Of a stretch of 43,481 nt of DNA, positions 1-10,600 are shown in pieces. Under the pieces are notes generated by a model, which was not told where the DNA came from, searched no databases, and worked only from the letters and a program-made list of their open reading frames with translations. This DNA is from Candidatus Xenobia bacterium. GTDB lineage: Bacteria > Vulcanimicrobiota > Xenobia > Xenobiales > QWHO01. Location: assembly GCA_045863235.1 (NCBI GenBank), contig BTUM01000068.1:1-43481 (forward strand). The letters are read 5' to 3'. The position numbers and the translations under genes are program-made. Each line of letters opens with the position of its first letter. Positions within the stretch are counted from its first letter, which is position 1.

Positions 1-114
1 GGGAATGTGCGCGGAGTTGCCCGCGCATGTGCCTGCATGTCCAGGCACATTTCTGGACTGCCCGGGAATGTGCGCGGAGTTGCCCGCGCATGTGCCTGCA
101 TGTCCAGGCACATT
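1..114. repeat. Tandem repeat, 63-bp period, truncated by the window start
   Basis: 1-51 is identical to 64-114 (gggaatgtgcgcgg...caggcacatt). The unit contains inverted repeats tgcgcgg/ccgcgca (8-14/21-27) and atgtgcctg/caggcacat (27-35/42-50). Confidence 0.9.
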
Positions 115-192
115 CTCAGCGACGACAGCACTCTGGGCGAGCAGTCGACGGCAGCGGCAGGCCCGATCGCCGCTCTCGGGGAACTCTTCCTC

Positions 193-1173
193 ATGCTCTC
201 CAGGCTGTTCGGGCTCGACCTCGAGAAGAAAGCGCTCTTCTTCCGCCAGGTGGCCACCATGGTCCGGGCCGGGCTATCCATCGGGCGCTCGCTGGAAGGG
301 GCCTCCAATCACACCATCGGTCAAGTCGGCAAGGACATGTCCGACAAGGTCACCCACGGCGCCTCGCTGGCCCAGGTGATGCAGGAATACCCTCAGCTCT
401 TCACCCGCTATGAATCGGCCCTGGTGCAGGCCGGCGAGCAGGGCGGCACGCTCGAGCGCAATCTCCAGCAACTGGCCGATGGGCTCGAAAAGAGCCTTCG
501 CTTCCAGCGCGACCTGATGAGCAAGCTGGTCTATCCGCTGTGCATCATCCACGTGGGCATCTTTGTCCCCCCGCTCTATCTGCTGGTCACCTCCGACCTG
601 AAGACCTACCTGATCACCACGCTCACGGTGTTCCTGACCTTCTGGGGCTCCATCCTGGCCATGACGCTGATCTATCGGGCCCTCACCAACGTGCCCAGCC
701 TGCGCCGCGTGGTGGACACCTTCGTGCTCTACCTGCCCCTGATCGGCAGCCTGGTCGTCAAGATCGCCATGGCCCGGTTCCTGGCCTGCATGGCCCAGCT
801 CTACGACTCGGGCTTCCTGCCCGTGGAGGCCATCAAGCTGAGCGCCTCGGCCTGCGGCAACCTCTCCATGGAAGAGCGATTGAAGGGCCTCACCCCGCTC
901 ATCGACCAGGGGCTCAACCCGGCCGCGGCCATCAACAAACTGCGCGTGTTGCCCCCCATGGTGGCCCAGCTGCTGCTGACCGGCGAGGAGACGGGGGATC
1001 CGTCCGACATGATGCGGCGCGGTTCCGAGATGATGGATGAGGAAGCGCAGTACACCCTGAAGAAGGTCATGGTGCTCCTGCCCGTGGTCATGATGCTCTT
1101 CATGGGCGTCGTGGTGGGCGCCTACGTGATCCACTTCTACACCAGGACCCTGACCACCATCATCGGGCAGTAA
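193..1173 (+). CDS. pilC: Type II secretion system F / type IV pilus platform protein (PilC/GspF family)
   Basis: Two T2SSF repeats (FFRQVATMVRAGL...AGEQGGTLE...YP; FLACMAQLYDSG...GEETGD) with TM helices. Start moved to ATG 193 because the ORF-track extension 7-192 reads through the tandem repeat. Confidence 0.88.
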   Translation: MLSRLFGLDLEKKALFFRQVATMVRAGLSIGRSLEGASNHTIGQVGKDMSDKVTHGASLAQVMQEYPQLFTRYESALVQAGEQGGTLERNLQQLADGLEKSLRFQRDLMSKLVYPLCIIHVGIFVPPLYLLVTSDLKTYLITTLTVFLTFWGSILAMTLIYRALTNVPSLRRVVDTFVLYLPLIGSLVVKIAMARFLACMAQLYDSGFLPVEAIKLSASACGNLSMEERLKGLTPLIDQGLNPAAAINKLRVLPPMVAQLLLTGEETGDPSDMMRRGSEMMDEEAQYTLKKVMVLLPVVMMLFMGVVVGAYVIHFYTRTLTTIIGQ

Positions 1174-1203
1174 ACCCGGCCTCCCTCCTCGAAGGCGCCG
1201 CCC

Positions 1204-2309
<1,106 letters not shown>

Positions 2310-2313
<4 letters not shown>

Positions 2314-3083
2314 GCCTGGCCTACCAGCTCCGGGGGCAGGGGACCCCGGTGCTGATGATCCAGGGAGTGGCCACCACCGGCTCGGCCTGGCAGCCGCAGG
2401 TGGAGGGCCTGTCCGCCGACCACGCCCTGCTGACCTTCGACAACCGGGGCATCGGGAAGAGCCCGCTGCGCGAGCCGATCAGCATCGAAGCCATGGCCGC
2501 CGACGCGCGCGAGTTGCTCGATGAGGTCGGTTGGGAGCAGGCCCACGTGGTCGGTCACTCGATGGGAGGGCTGATCGCCCAGCAGCTGGCCCTGGACCAT
2601 CCCGGCCGGGTCAAGAGCCTGGCCCTCCTGTGCACCTTCTCGCGGGGGCCCGAGGCGGCCCGGCTGACGCTGCAGACCCTGCGGCTGGGCCTGCGCACTC
2701 GACTGGGAACGCGGGCCATGCGCCGCAACGCCTTCCTGGACATCCTCTGGTCGCGCCAGGGGCTGGCCGGCCACGACCGGGAGGCCCTGGCCCGGGACCT
2801 GGCCCCCCTGCTCGGTCGCGATCTGGCTGACAATCCGCCCATCGCCCTGCGCCAGCTCCAGGCCATGCGGCGCCACGACCTCTCCAGCAGGCTGTTTGCG
2901 ATCAAGGTCCCGACCCTGGTGGTGAGCGGGGACGAGGATCCCATCGCTTTGTGGCCGTTCGGACAACACCTGGCCGAGCTGATCGCGGGAGGGCGCTATG
3001 TCAAGCTCGACCAGGCCGCCCACGGGCTCACCCTGGAGTGGCCCGAGCGGGTCAACCAGCTCTTGCGCGAGCACTTCAAGTGA
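2310..3083 (+). CDS. Alpha/beta hydrolase (Abhydrolase_1/6 type)
   Basis: FDNRGIG, nucleophile elbow GHSMGG, SGDEDP acid, AAH catalytic His. Start uncertain: CTG 2310 overlapping the frmA stop, otherwise GTG 2349 or ATG 2355. The upstream part of track ORF 1413..3083 is a frame shadow of frmA. Confidence 0.85.
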
Positions 3084-3168
3084 ATTCTCAACAGGTTGAA
3101 CTTCGTCGCATCGCCCGTGCCACAACACTTTGGAAGCGGTTCGAAACAAGTTTCTCACCGCAGCACGG

Positions 3169-3801
3169 TCAATGCGACGAAGTTTCGATGAGCGCCCTCA
3201 ACTCAGCCAGGTCGTGAGCCAGAGCGTCCGCCCCGGCCAACTCGGCCGGGGGGCCAAACCCCCAGCCGCAAGCGATGGTGAACAACCCGTGCGCCCGACC
3301 GGCCTCAAAGTCGCTCGACCGGTCGCCGATCATGGCGGCCGGGCCTTTCAGCTCGCGCAGAGCCATCCCCACCAACGCCGGCTTTCCACCCACCGGGTCG
3401 TCGTCCACGCAGAAGGCCACGTGCAGGCACTCGTCCAGCCCGCTGGACTCGAGGGCGGCCTCCATGTAACCGCGGCCGGCATTGGTGACCAGCCCCAGGC
3501 GAAGTCCACTGGCGAACAGCTCCCTCAAGAGCTCGAGGACGCCCGGATAGAGCGGCGCATGCTGGCGCAGCTCGGCGATCTCGCGCTGGCGCAGCCGGTC
3601 CACCCAGGCAGCGGGAGCTGACTCGGGCAGCAAGCCGCGGTAGTATTCCTCCTCGGGCCGGCCAATCAGGCTCAAAATCTGCTCCTCGGCGGGCACGGGG
3701 CAACCCAGCTCGCCCAGCGCGACCCGGGCCGTCTCGAGGGCCAGCCGGCCAGAGTCGAGCAGGGTTCCATCCAGGTCGAACAGCAGGGTCAGGAAGCGCA
3801 C
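3169..3801 (-). CDS. HAD-IA family hydrolase (phosphoglycolate-phosphatase-like)
   Basis: Motif I FDLDGTL, motif II LVTN, motif III K (GKP), motif IV IGDRSSD; GTG start. Confidence 0.9.
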   Translation of the reverse strand: MRFLTLLFDLDGTLLDSGRLALETARVALGELGCPVPAEEQILSLIGRPEEEYYRGLLPESAPAAWVDRLRQREIAELRQHAPLYPGVLELLRELFASGLRLGLVTNAGRGYMEAALESSGLDECLHVAFCVDDDPVGGKPALVGMALRELKGPAAMIGDRSSDFEAGRAHGLFTIACGWGFGPPAELAGADALAHDLAELRALIETSSH

Positions 3802-3821
3802 AGTGAGAATTCACTCCGTTC

Positions 3822-4829
3822 ATGGCTTGGACACGCGAACAGCGCCTCCCTGCGGCCTCCCCGCAGGGCCCCGCCTTCCGGCGGACGGGCGAGGTGGCAC
3901 GCGATTCCACTCGCTCGCCCCAATTCTCCCACGGCATGCCGGTGGTGCGCATGTCCGAGCTGAGCCGCGAGCAGCGCAGCCAGATCTTGCGGGTGCCGTT
4001 CTTCTCCCCCAGTCTGGGCCTGCGACGCTGGCTGGCGCTCAAGCTTCCCCCGGACTATCAGCCGGGCCAGGAGCTGCCCCTGGTCTACTGCTTTCGAGGC
4101 CATCACTTCGAATGGATCTCGGGCCGCGAGGACGCTTCCCGCCAGAACCCGCTGCCTGCCCAGCTCGAGCAGGCGATCAAAGAGGGGCGCCTGCCTCCCG
4201 CCATCCTGGTCTTCCCATGCTTTGGCTCGGACGACCGCAAGATGTTCGCCATCGCGGCCAACTGGAGCTATCCCCGGGCCATTCCCGCGCAGCGCGGTAT
4301 GGGACTGGGTCGCTTCGAGGACTACCTGCTCGAAGATCTGATGCCCCAGCTGGAGCGCTCTTTGGGACTGTACAATCCCCGCCGCATCGCCATCGGCTTC
4401 TCGCTGGGAGGTCTGCTCGCGATGCAGCTCTCGCTGCGCCATCCCCACCTGTTCACCGACGTGGGCACCTACGACGGCAGCTTCTTCGACCATCCGGTCC
4501 GCTCCGACGACTCCATCCTCAGCTACGGCATCTTCGAGCCCATCTTCGGTTATCCCAGGAACGCCGAGCTGGTGGCCCAGCACAGCCCCCTGGCCCTGCT
4601 CCAGAGCCCCGGCCCCGAGTGCCAGAAAGTGCGCTTTTACGTGCAGAGCGGTCCCGAGCGAGCCGAGCCCAACGACTCGAATTTCTATCGCTGCCGCCAG
4701 GTCGTGCAAGCGCTGGAAGCTGCCGGGCTGACCAACCACCTGCCCCAGGTGGTCGAGGATGGGCACCACAACTGGTACACGGCCGACCGCTTCGCCATGG
4801 CAATCCTGGAGTTAGCCCTGAAAGGCTAA
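3822..4829 (+). CDS. Putative esterase (alpha/beta hydrolase, Fes/PF00756-like)
   Basis: FFSPSLG...LPPDY...LPLVY, FEDYLLEDLMPQLE, GFSLGG nucleophile, GHHNW His. The true start may be ATG 3936. Confidence 0.8.
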   Translation: MAWTREQRLPAASPQGPAFRRTGEVARDSTRSPQFSHGMPVVRMSELSREQRSQILRVPFFSPSLGLRRWLALKLPPDYQPGQELPLVYCFRGHHFEWISGREDASRQNPLPAQLEQAIKEGRLPPAILVFPCFGSDDRKMFAIAANWSYPRAIPAQRGMGLGRFEDYLLEDLMPQLERSLGLYNPRRIAIGFSLGGLLAMQLSLRHPHLFTDVGTYDGSFFDHPVRSDDSILSYGIFEPIFGYPRNAELVAQHSPLALLQSPGPECQKVRFYVQSGPERAEPNDSNFYRCRQVVQALEAAGLTNHLPQVVEDGHHNWYTADRFAMAILELALKG

Positions 4830-4857
4830 AGTGCAGGGCCTTTGGTCTTGCACTTTA
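4827..4857. terminator. Hairpin between convergent genes, probable bidirectional terminator
   Basis: taaagtgcagggcc-ttt-ggtcttgcacttta forms a 14-bp stem (2 G-U pairs) filling the gap between the esterase and Roadblock stop codons. Confidence 0.65.
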
Positions 4858-4861
4858 CAGC

Positions 4862-5209
4862 CTACAGCTGTTCCTGAAGGGCCTGCGAGGCCCGCCGGAT
4901 GTCGTAGCGGATCAGGCCCAGATTGATGTCCTGGTTGGTCAGCACCAGAAGGTAGGTCACCTCGTTGATGTTCTTGAAAAACAGGTGTCCGCCGTTGGCC
5001 TCCATGCTGAGCATGTCCAACTCGCCCCGCTCAAAGCGCTCCATCATCCCTGACTCGACCGAGGAATAGAGCTCGGCGGTGGTGGCGCCCAGAAAGTCGG
5101 GGTCTTGCTCGGTGCTACCGGCACTGGCGATCACCAGGCCGTCCTTGCCGACGATCAGGCTGCCCTGTACGCCAGGGGTCTGGTTCAAAACCTCCAGGAT
5201 GTCTTCCAT
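4862..5209 (-). CDS. Roadblock/LC7 (MglB-like) protein
   Basis: 115 aa; ILEVLNQTPGVQGSLIVGKDGLVIAS...GELDMLSMEANGGHL...NLGLIRYDI is the typical Roadblock/MglB pattern. Confidence 0.88.
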   Translation of the reverse strand: MEDILEVLNQTPGVQGSLIVGKDGLVIASAGSTEQDPDFLGATTAELYSSVESGMMERFERGELDMLSMEANGGHLFFKNINEVTYLLVLTNQDINLGLIRYDIRRASQALQEQL

Positions 5210-5231
5210 CGAATCAGAGTCCTTTCCGGGT

Positions 5232-7610
5232 CTATTGGAATACCGAAGCCAGCATCTGGGCCGCGCTGATGAGCTTGTGGTGCCAGACGTCGCGCGGAAT
5301 GTCGGGGGCCAGCAAGGTGATCATGACCGCTTCCTTGTCCAGCGGAATCACGCTGAACCAGCGCGTCTCGGTGCGCAGCAAGAACTGCCGGGCAGGGGCC
5401 ATCTCGAGGCGCTCGAGGGCCTGCTCGGAGTCGACCATGGCCTGGGTCAGCACCACCCCGAGTACTTCGAGATTGAGCTCTTCCTCCACCTGATAGTCGA
5501 TGGGCAGGCCGTCTCGGGAGGTCACCAGGTTTCCCTGCACGCCCTCGAGCCGGCCCAGATCCTCCATCACCTTTTTCAGGATGGCCTCGCGCAACACCAG
5601 CTCTCCAGGCAGCGAGGAGGCACCGTCCTCATGCTCGCGATGCACCCTGGACTCGTGCACCAGCAGGTGCAGGTCATCGATGGCGGGCTGGATGAACAGT
5701 CGCGACTGCCCCCCCTCGACCCCCAGCGAAGCCAGCCAGCCCAGCTCCCCCTCCTCGGTGGCCCGCGCGAAGGCGTCGTAGAGGGTCGACTGCAGGGCGG
5801 CCACCAGCGGGGCGTCCGAAACGGTCTCCAACTTGCCGGCCACCATCAGACCTTCGCGGCTGGCCAGCGCGGCCGAGCAGCCTTCCACCTCGAGAACTTC
5901 GCTCAACAGCTCTTCGACTTCTTTGACCCGGGTGGTCAGGCCCTGGGTCTGAAGATCCTCGAGAATGTGGCGCAGGACTTGCTCGAGACGCTCTTCATTG
6001 GTGCGCTCGTGCTCGGGCAGGCCCATCATCTCGGGCACCAGCTCCTCGCCGAAGGTCATCTCCTCGGCCGCCGTCGCTTCCTCGAGCACGGTCTCTTCCT
6101 CGAGCAGGGCATCGATGTCGAGCGCCCCCTCATCTTGCAGAATCGACTCGTCCACCTCGAGTCCCTCGTCGAAATGCTCGGTCAGGTCATCCAGAGTCGA
6201 GGTTAACTCCTCCTCGCTCTCCACGACGACCGAGGTGCCCAACTCGTCCTCGCCCTCGTCTCCGAGGGGTCCGGCCGATACCGAGACATCCACGTCCTCG
6301 AGCAACTCGCCGACCAGAGCGTCGATATCGTCGGGGAGAGTCGAGGACACGCTGGTGTGATGGGCGATCTGGGCCTCGACCTCCACCTCGGGCTCATCCG
6401 GCTCGGCCACCGGCTCTTCGGGGGCGGGTCCGAGGAGATGCTCCCCAATCAGGTCGGCCACCTTGAGCACCGTCAGCTGCTCGAAACGAGCGAGCAAACG
6501 CTGCACGTTCGCGGTCGAGGAGCGCACCATCACTTCCTTGAGGCGCTCCTCGAGCGTGGCCAGGTCGTCCACGACATAGACGGACGGCTCCTTGTGATTC
6601 AGGCGCAACAGCACCTGCACGGCATCACGGTTGAGCTGCTGGGGGCAGACGAGGAAGGCGGCGTCGGGCTGAAAGTAGCGGGCCCGGGTCAGGAATCGGA
6701 AGGCCTGATCGGGAGCCACCGAGTCTTCCTGCACCTCGAAGAAGAGCAGAGCGCCCTGGTAGGCCACAAAGAGGTCGAGAATGTGGGCGTCGCGCTCGGA
6801 GATCCAGAGGATGTCCTGCTCGGAGATACCGCAGCGCTGCAGCTCGCGTGCCACCAGGAAAGCCAGCCAGATGTTGGCCTGGGAGAGCCGCCGACCTCGC
6901 TCGGTGAGGGTGAGCAGCTGCTCGACGCGCTCCTCCATGATGGGACGACCCGACAGGAAGTTCTTGAAACCGCGACTCGAGGCTTCCTCCAGCGCTTCGT
7001 AGGACTCGGTGCGCAGCAGCTTGTTGCCCGTTTCGCGGTCGAAAACCTCGAAAATCCGGGTCACCAACCCCATGCGATCGAGCTCATTGGCGTGGGCCTC
7101 GAGCTGACCAGCCTGTCGCTTGCCCGGGAAGGCCGACAACAGCTGACCCGGGCGCTTGCGCACCTCGTTGAGAAGCAAGCGCAAACCACGGTTCGCCAGG
7201 ACTTCGGCGGCCTCGAGATCAGAAGGGCTGGCGCGAAACGGCTCGGCATCCTCGGCCAGCATGCGGAAACGGTCCGAGATGCTGGGCATCGGGGCCCACT
7301 TCTTGCTGCCCAGAATCTCCTCGATGGCGGCTCGGAAGTCCAGGAAGATGGAACTCTCCGGACCCGAGACCGCGCCGACCTCCAGACTTTTTCGGTCACC
7401 CCCTACCAGGTAGTAGAGCACCTCTCCGCCAGGGGCCAGGAACATCTCCCCGCCACTGCGATTGGGTTTGATCTCCAGGCCCAGCGTTCGCCGGAAGCCC
7501 AGGGCCACGTCCGTGACCAGGGGCTGGAACTGGCTGCACAGGTGCTTCCAGAGACTGTCCTCCAGCTCTGTGCTGACGCGCGCGGTGACGCGCTCGCGGA
7601 CTAGATGCAT
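5232..7610 (-). CDS. Multidomain protein: wHTH-like and PD-(D/E)xK-like N-terminal half, acidic linker, two C-terminal Roadblock/LC7 domains
   Basis: ATG 7610 has GGAGG 5 nt upstream (the track start 7751 overlaps the TPR gene). Roadblock repeats EVEGCSAALASREGLMVA and RLEGVQGNLVTSRDGLPID are clear; the N-terminal fold calls are inference. Confidence 0.75.
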   Translation of the reverse strand: MHLVRERVTARVSTELEDSLWKHLCSQFQPLVTDVALGFRRTLGLEIKPNRSGGEMFLAPGGEVLYYLVGGDRKSLEVGAVSGPESSIFLDFRAAIEEILGSKKWAPMPSISDRFRMLAEDAEPFRASPSDLEAAEVLANRGLRLLLNEVRKRPGQLLSAFPGKRQAGQLEAHANELDRMGLVTRIFEVFDRETGNKLLRTESYEALEEASSRGFKNFLSGRPIMEERVEQLLTLTERGRRLSQANIWLAFLVARELQRCGISEQDILWISERDAHILDLFVAYQGALLFFEVQEDSVAPDQAFRFLTRARYFQPDAAFLVCPQQLNRDAVQVLLRLNHKEPSVYVVDDLATLEERLKEVMVRSSTANVQRLLARFEQLTVLKVADLIGEHLLGPAPEEPVAEPDEPEVEVEAQIAHHTSVSSTLPDDIDALVGELLEDVDVSVSAGPLGDEGEDELGTSVVVESEEELTSTLDDLTEHFDEGLEVDESILQDEGALDIDALLEEETVLEEATAAEEMTFGEELVPEMMGLPEHERTNEERLEQVLRHILEDLQTQGLTTRVKEVEELLSEVLEVEGCSAALASREGLMVAGKLETVSDAPLVAALQSTLYDAFARATEEGELGWLASLGVEGGQSRLFIQPAIDDLHLLVHESRVHREHEDGASSLPGELVLREAILKKVMEDLGRLEGVQGNLVTSRDGLPIDYQVEEELNLEVLGVVLTQAMVDSEQALERLEMAPARQFLLRTETRWFSVIPLDKEAVMITLLAPDIPRDVWHHKLISAAQMLASVFQ

Positions 7611-7656
7611 GTGTTCCTCCAGCTCATTCTCAGCGACGACAGGAGCGGTCGACCAG

Positions 7657-10600
7657 TCAGCGCCCGCCGCGGCTGGTGCCAGCCCCCAGACGGTCGAGGT
7701 CGCGCTTGAACCGTTTCTTGAAAGCCTCCGAGCGTTTCCGGACCGCAACACGATATCCCTCTTGCAGCTGCTCGATGCACTCGTTCTTCATTTTCATGCG
7801 CTCGTAGACCAGGGCCAGGTTGTAGCGAGCATTCAAGTCGGTCGGGTCGATCTGCAGGCAGCGCCGGTAGGCCTCGATGACCTGCTCCCAGCGGCCCTTC
7901 TTGGAGTAGGCGACTCCCAGGTTGTACTGGCTCTTGGAGTCGGTGGGGTTGAGGCCGATGGCCTTCTGGTAAGCCTCGATAGCCTCATCGAGGCGGTTGG
8001 CGCCGGCGTAGGCGATGCCCAGGTGGCTATAGCCTTCAGCCAGATAGGGGTCGAGACCCACCGAGCGTTTCAAGACCTCGATGGCACCGTCGTAGTCGCC
8101 CTGGCGGAAATGCACCAGGCCCAGTTTGATCAGGTGGTCGGGTTGACGCGGCTCGAGCTCGGCCGCCACTCGGAAAGCCTGGGCAGCTTCGGCCCAATTG
8201 CCCTGCTGCATGTAGATCAGGCCGATCTCGGAATGAGGCCGAGCCCAGCCAGGATTTGCCTCGATGGCCAGTTGGAGCGCTTCCAGCGCTTGCTCGAATT
8301 TGCCTTTGCGAAGCAGCACGGTGCCCAGGCCGGCGTGGGCTCGGGCGCAATTCTCATCCATCGCCAGGGCTTTCTTGAAGAATCCCTCGGCCTGCTCCCA
8401 GCGGCGGGCGGCCGCCTGAGCCTCGCCCATGCGGGCGAGAGTATCCGGTGAGCCGCGCAGCTCCAGGGCCCGCTCCAGGGCCTGGACAGCCAGCCGGCTG
8501 TCGTCGCGCTTGAGATAAGCCTGGCTGATCACGATCTGCATATCGGGGTTGGTGGGGTCGAGATCGACCGCTCGCTGGTACTCCTCGATGGCCAGATCAA
8601 GCTCGCCCCGCTGCTCGTAAAGCCGACCCAGCTCCACGCGAGCGGAGGCGAAGTCGGGATACTCCTCCAGCAGGTGGTGCAGCTCCTTGACCGGGTCCTC
8701 GGCATCCGAGACCTGAGCCAGGCAGGCTGCCCGTTGGAAACGGATGGCCAGGCGACGAGGGTCGATGCGCAGGGCTTCTTGCGTTTCCTGCAGGGCCAGC
8801 TCGACCTTGCCCTGGAGCAGGTACATCCGGCCCATCTGGTAGCGCAGGGAAGCTTCATCTTCGTAAGTGACCGAGGCCTGTGCCAGCTCGGCCTCGGCCG
8901 CCGGCCAGTGGTGCAGGTCGATGTGGATCAAAGCTCGGCGGAACGCGATGTCGGAGTAGCGGGCCTGGTTCTCTTCGGCGGCCGTGAGCGCCTCCAGCGC
9001 ATCCTGGGCCCGGCCCAGGGCCTGCAGGGCCACCCCCCGCTGGTAGTAGAACTCGCCCAGCTCCTCGGCCGGTGGCTCGAGCTCGAGCGCCCGCCCCAGG
9101 TGCCGAGCTGCTTCGCTGTAGCGCCCACCTTTGAGCAAGACCAGGCCCAGGTAGCCAGGAATATCCCAACGCTCGCCTTCCTGCTCGAGTGCCTGGCGGA
9201 AGAGGCGCTGGGCCTCATCCAGGTCGCCCAGGTCGTAGAACGTGCGACCCAGGTAGAAGAGCGCGTCGCAATGCTCGGCCTCATACTTGAGGCAGGAGCT
9301 GAGCGCTTCCCGAGCGGCCTCGAAGTGGCGGGCTCGCCACTGGGTGTAGCCCAGCTCGAAGTGGCTCTGGGCTCGCTTGGGGTTGAGAGTGATGGCGGCC
9401 TGGTAGTGGGCGATGGCGGCCGGCAGGTCGCCCAGCAGCCGACAGGTTTCGGCCAGGTCGACCAGGTACTCCAGGTTGTGAGGCTCGGCTGAGTGGGCCC
9501 CCTCGAGGAAGCGGCGAGCCTCCTTGAGACTCCCCAGCTCTCGCTCCACCAGGCCGGCCTCGTAGGCGGCGGCCGCCAGGCTGCCCTCCAGCTCGAAGGC
9601 TCGCGCAAAGTGGTCGCGGGCCTCGCGATCGGCGCCCAGGCGGCGCAGGGCCAGCCCGGCCCGGTGGTGAGCTTCGGCCCAGTAGGGGTGGATGTCCAGC
9701 GCCCGGTTGTAGGCCCGAACCGCCAGGGTGCTCACTTCCAGCGCATCGTAGATGCGCCCGAGCAGAAAGAGAGCCTCGTAGGAGTTGGGGTTGAGCTCGA
9801 CGGCGCGACGCACTTCCTCGGCCGCCTGGTCGTGGTTGCCCAGCTCGAACAGGGCTTGACCCAGGGCCAGGGAGACAAAGGCGTTGTGCGAGTTCAGCTC
9901 GAGCGACTTGCGATAGCTCTCGAGCGCTTCCTCGAAGCGCCCCATGCCGGCCTGAGCCTGTCCCATCCAGAAGTAGATCTGGCTCTTCTCGGGCTTGAGC
10001 AGCAGGGCTTTACGATAGTGGCTGATCGCCAGGTCGAGCTTGTTCAGCTCGGCATAGGCTTTGCCGAGCGAAGAGCAGATCTCGGCCGAGTTGGGGTCCA
10101 TGGTGAGCGCCTTCTGATAGCGCTTGATCGCCAGGTCCAGGCGCCCCAGGCGCACATAGGACAGCCCCAGGCGGTAGTGAGCCTCGGACAGGTTGGGATC
10201 GAGCTCGATGGCGCGCTGGTAGCGCTTGTTCGCCTCGTCGAAGTTGCCCAGGCGGGCGTGGATGTTGCCCAGCTCGAAATGGCTGCGGGGGTCCTCCGGC
10301 TCCAGGTCGACAGCGGTGGAGAACTCGCCGCGGGCTGCCCCCAGCTTGCCCAGACGAGCGAAGACCAGGCCCAGGTTGTAGTGAACCTCGGCGTCGTTTG
10401 GATCCAGGTCGATGGCTTTGTGAAACTCCTGCACCGATTGCTCGAATCGGCCCATCTGGAAGTAAGCCATACCCAGGTTGTTGTGGGTGTAGGGATCATT
10501 GGGGTCGAGGTGGATGGCCCGTTGAAACTGGGCGATGCAACCGTCGAGATCGCCCATCCGAGCGTAGGCTCGGCCCAGGTTATAGTGGAAGTAGGCCTCG

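Noticed and set aside
1..114. CRISPR array interpretation of the left-edge repeat
   Set aside because: A 51-bp repeat with only a 12-bp intervening segment is outside CRISPR geometry; only two copies are visible and no cas genes are present.
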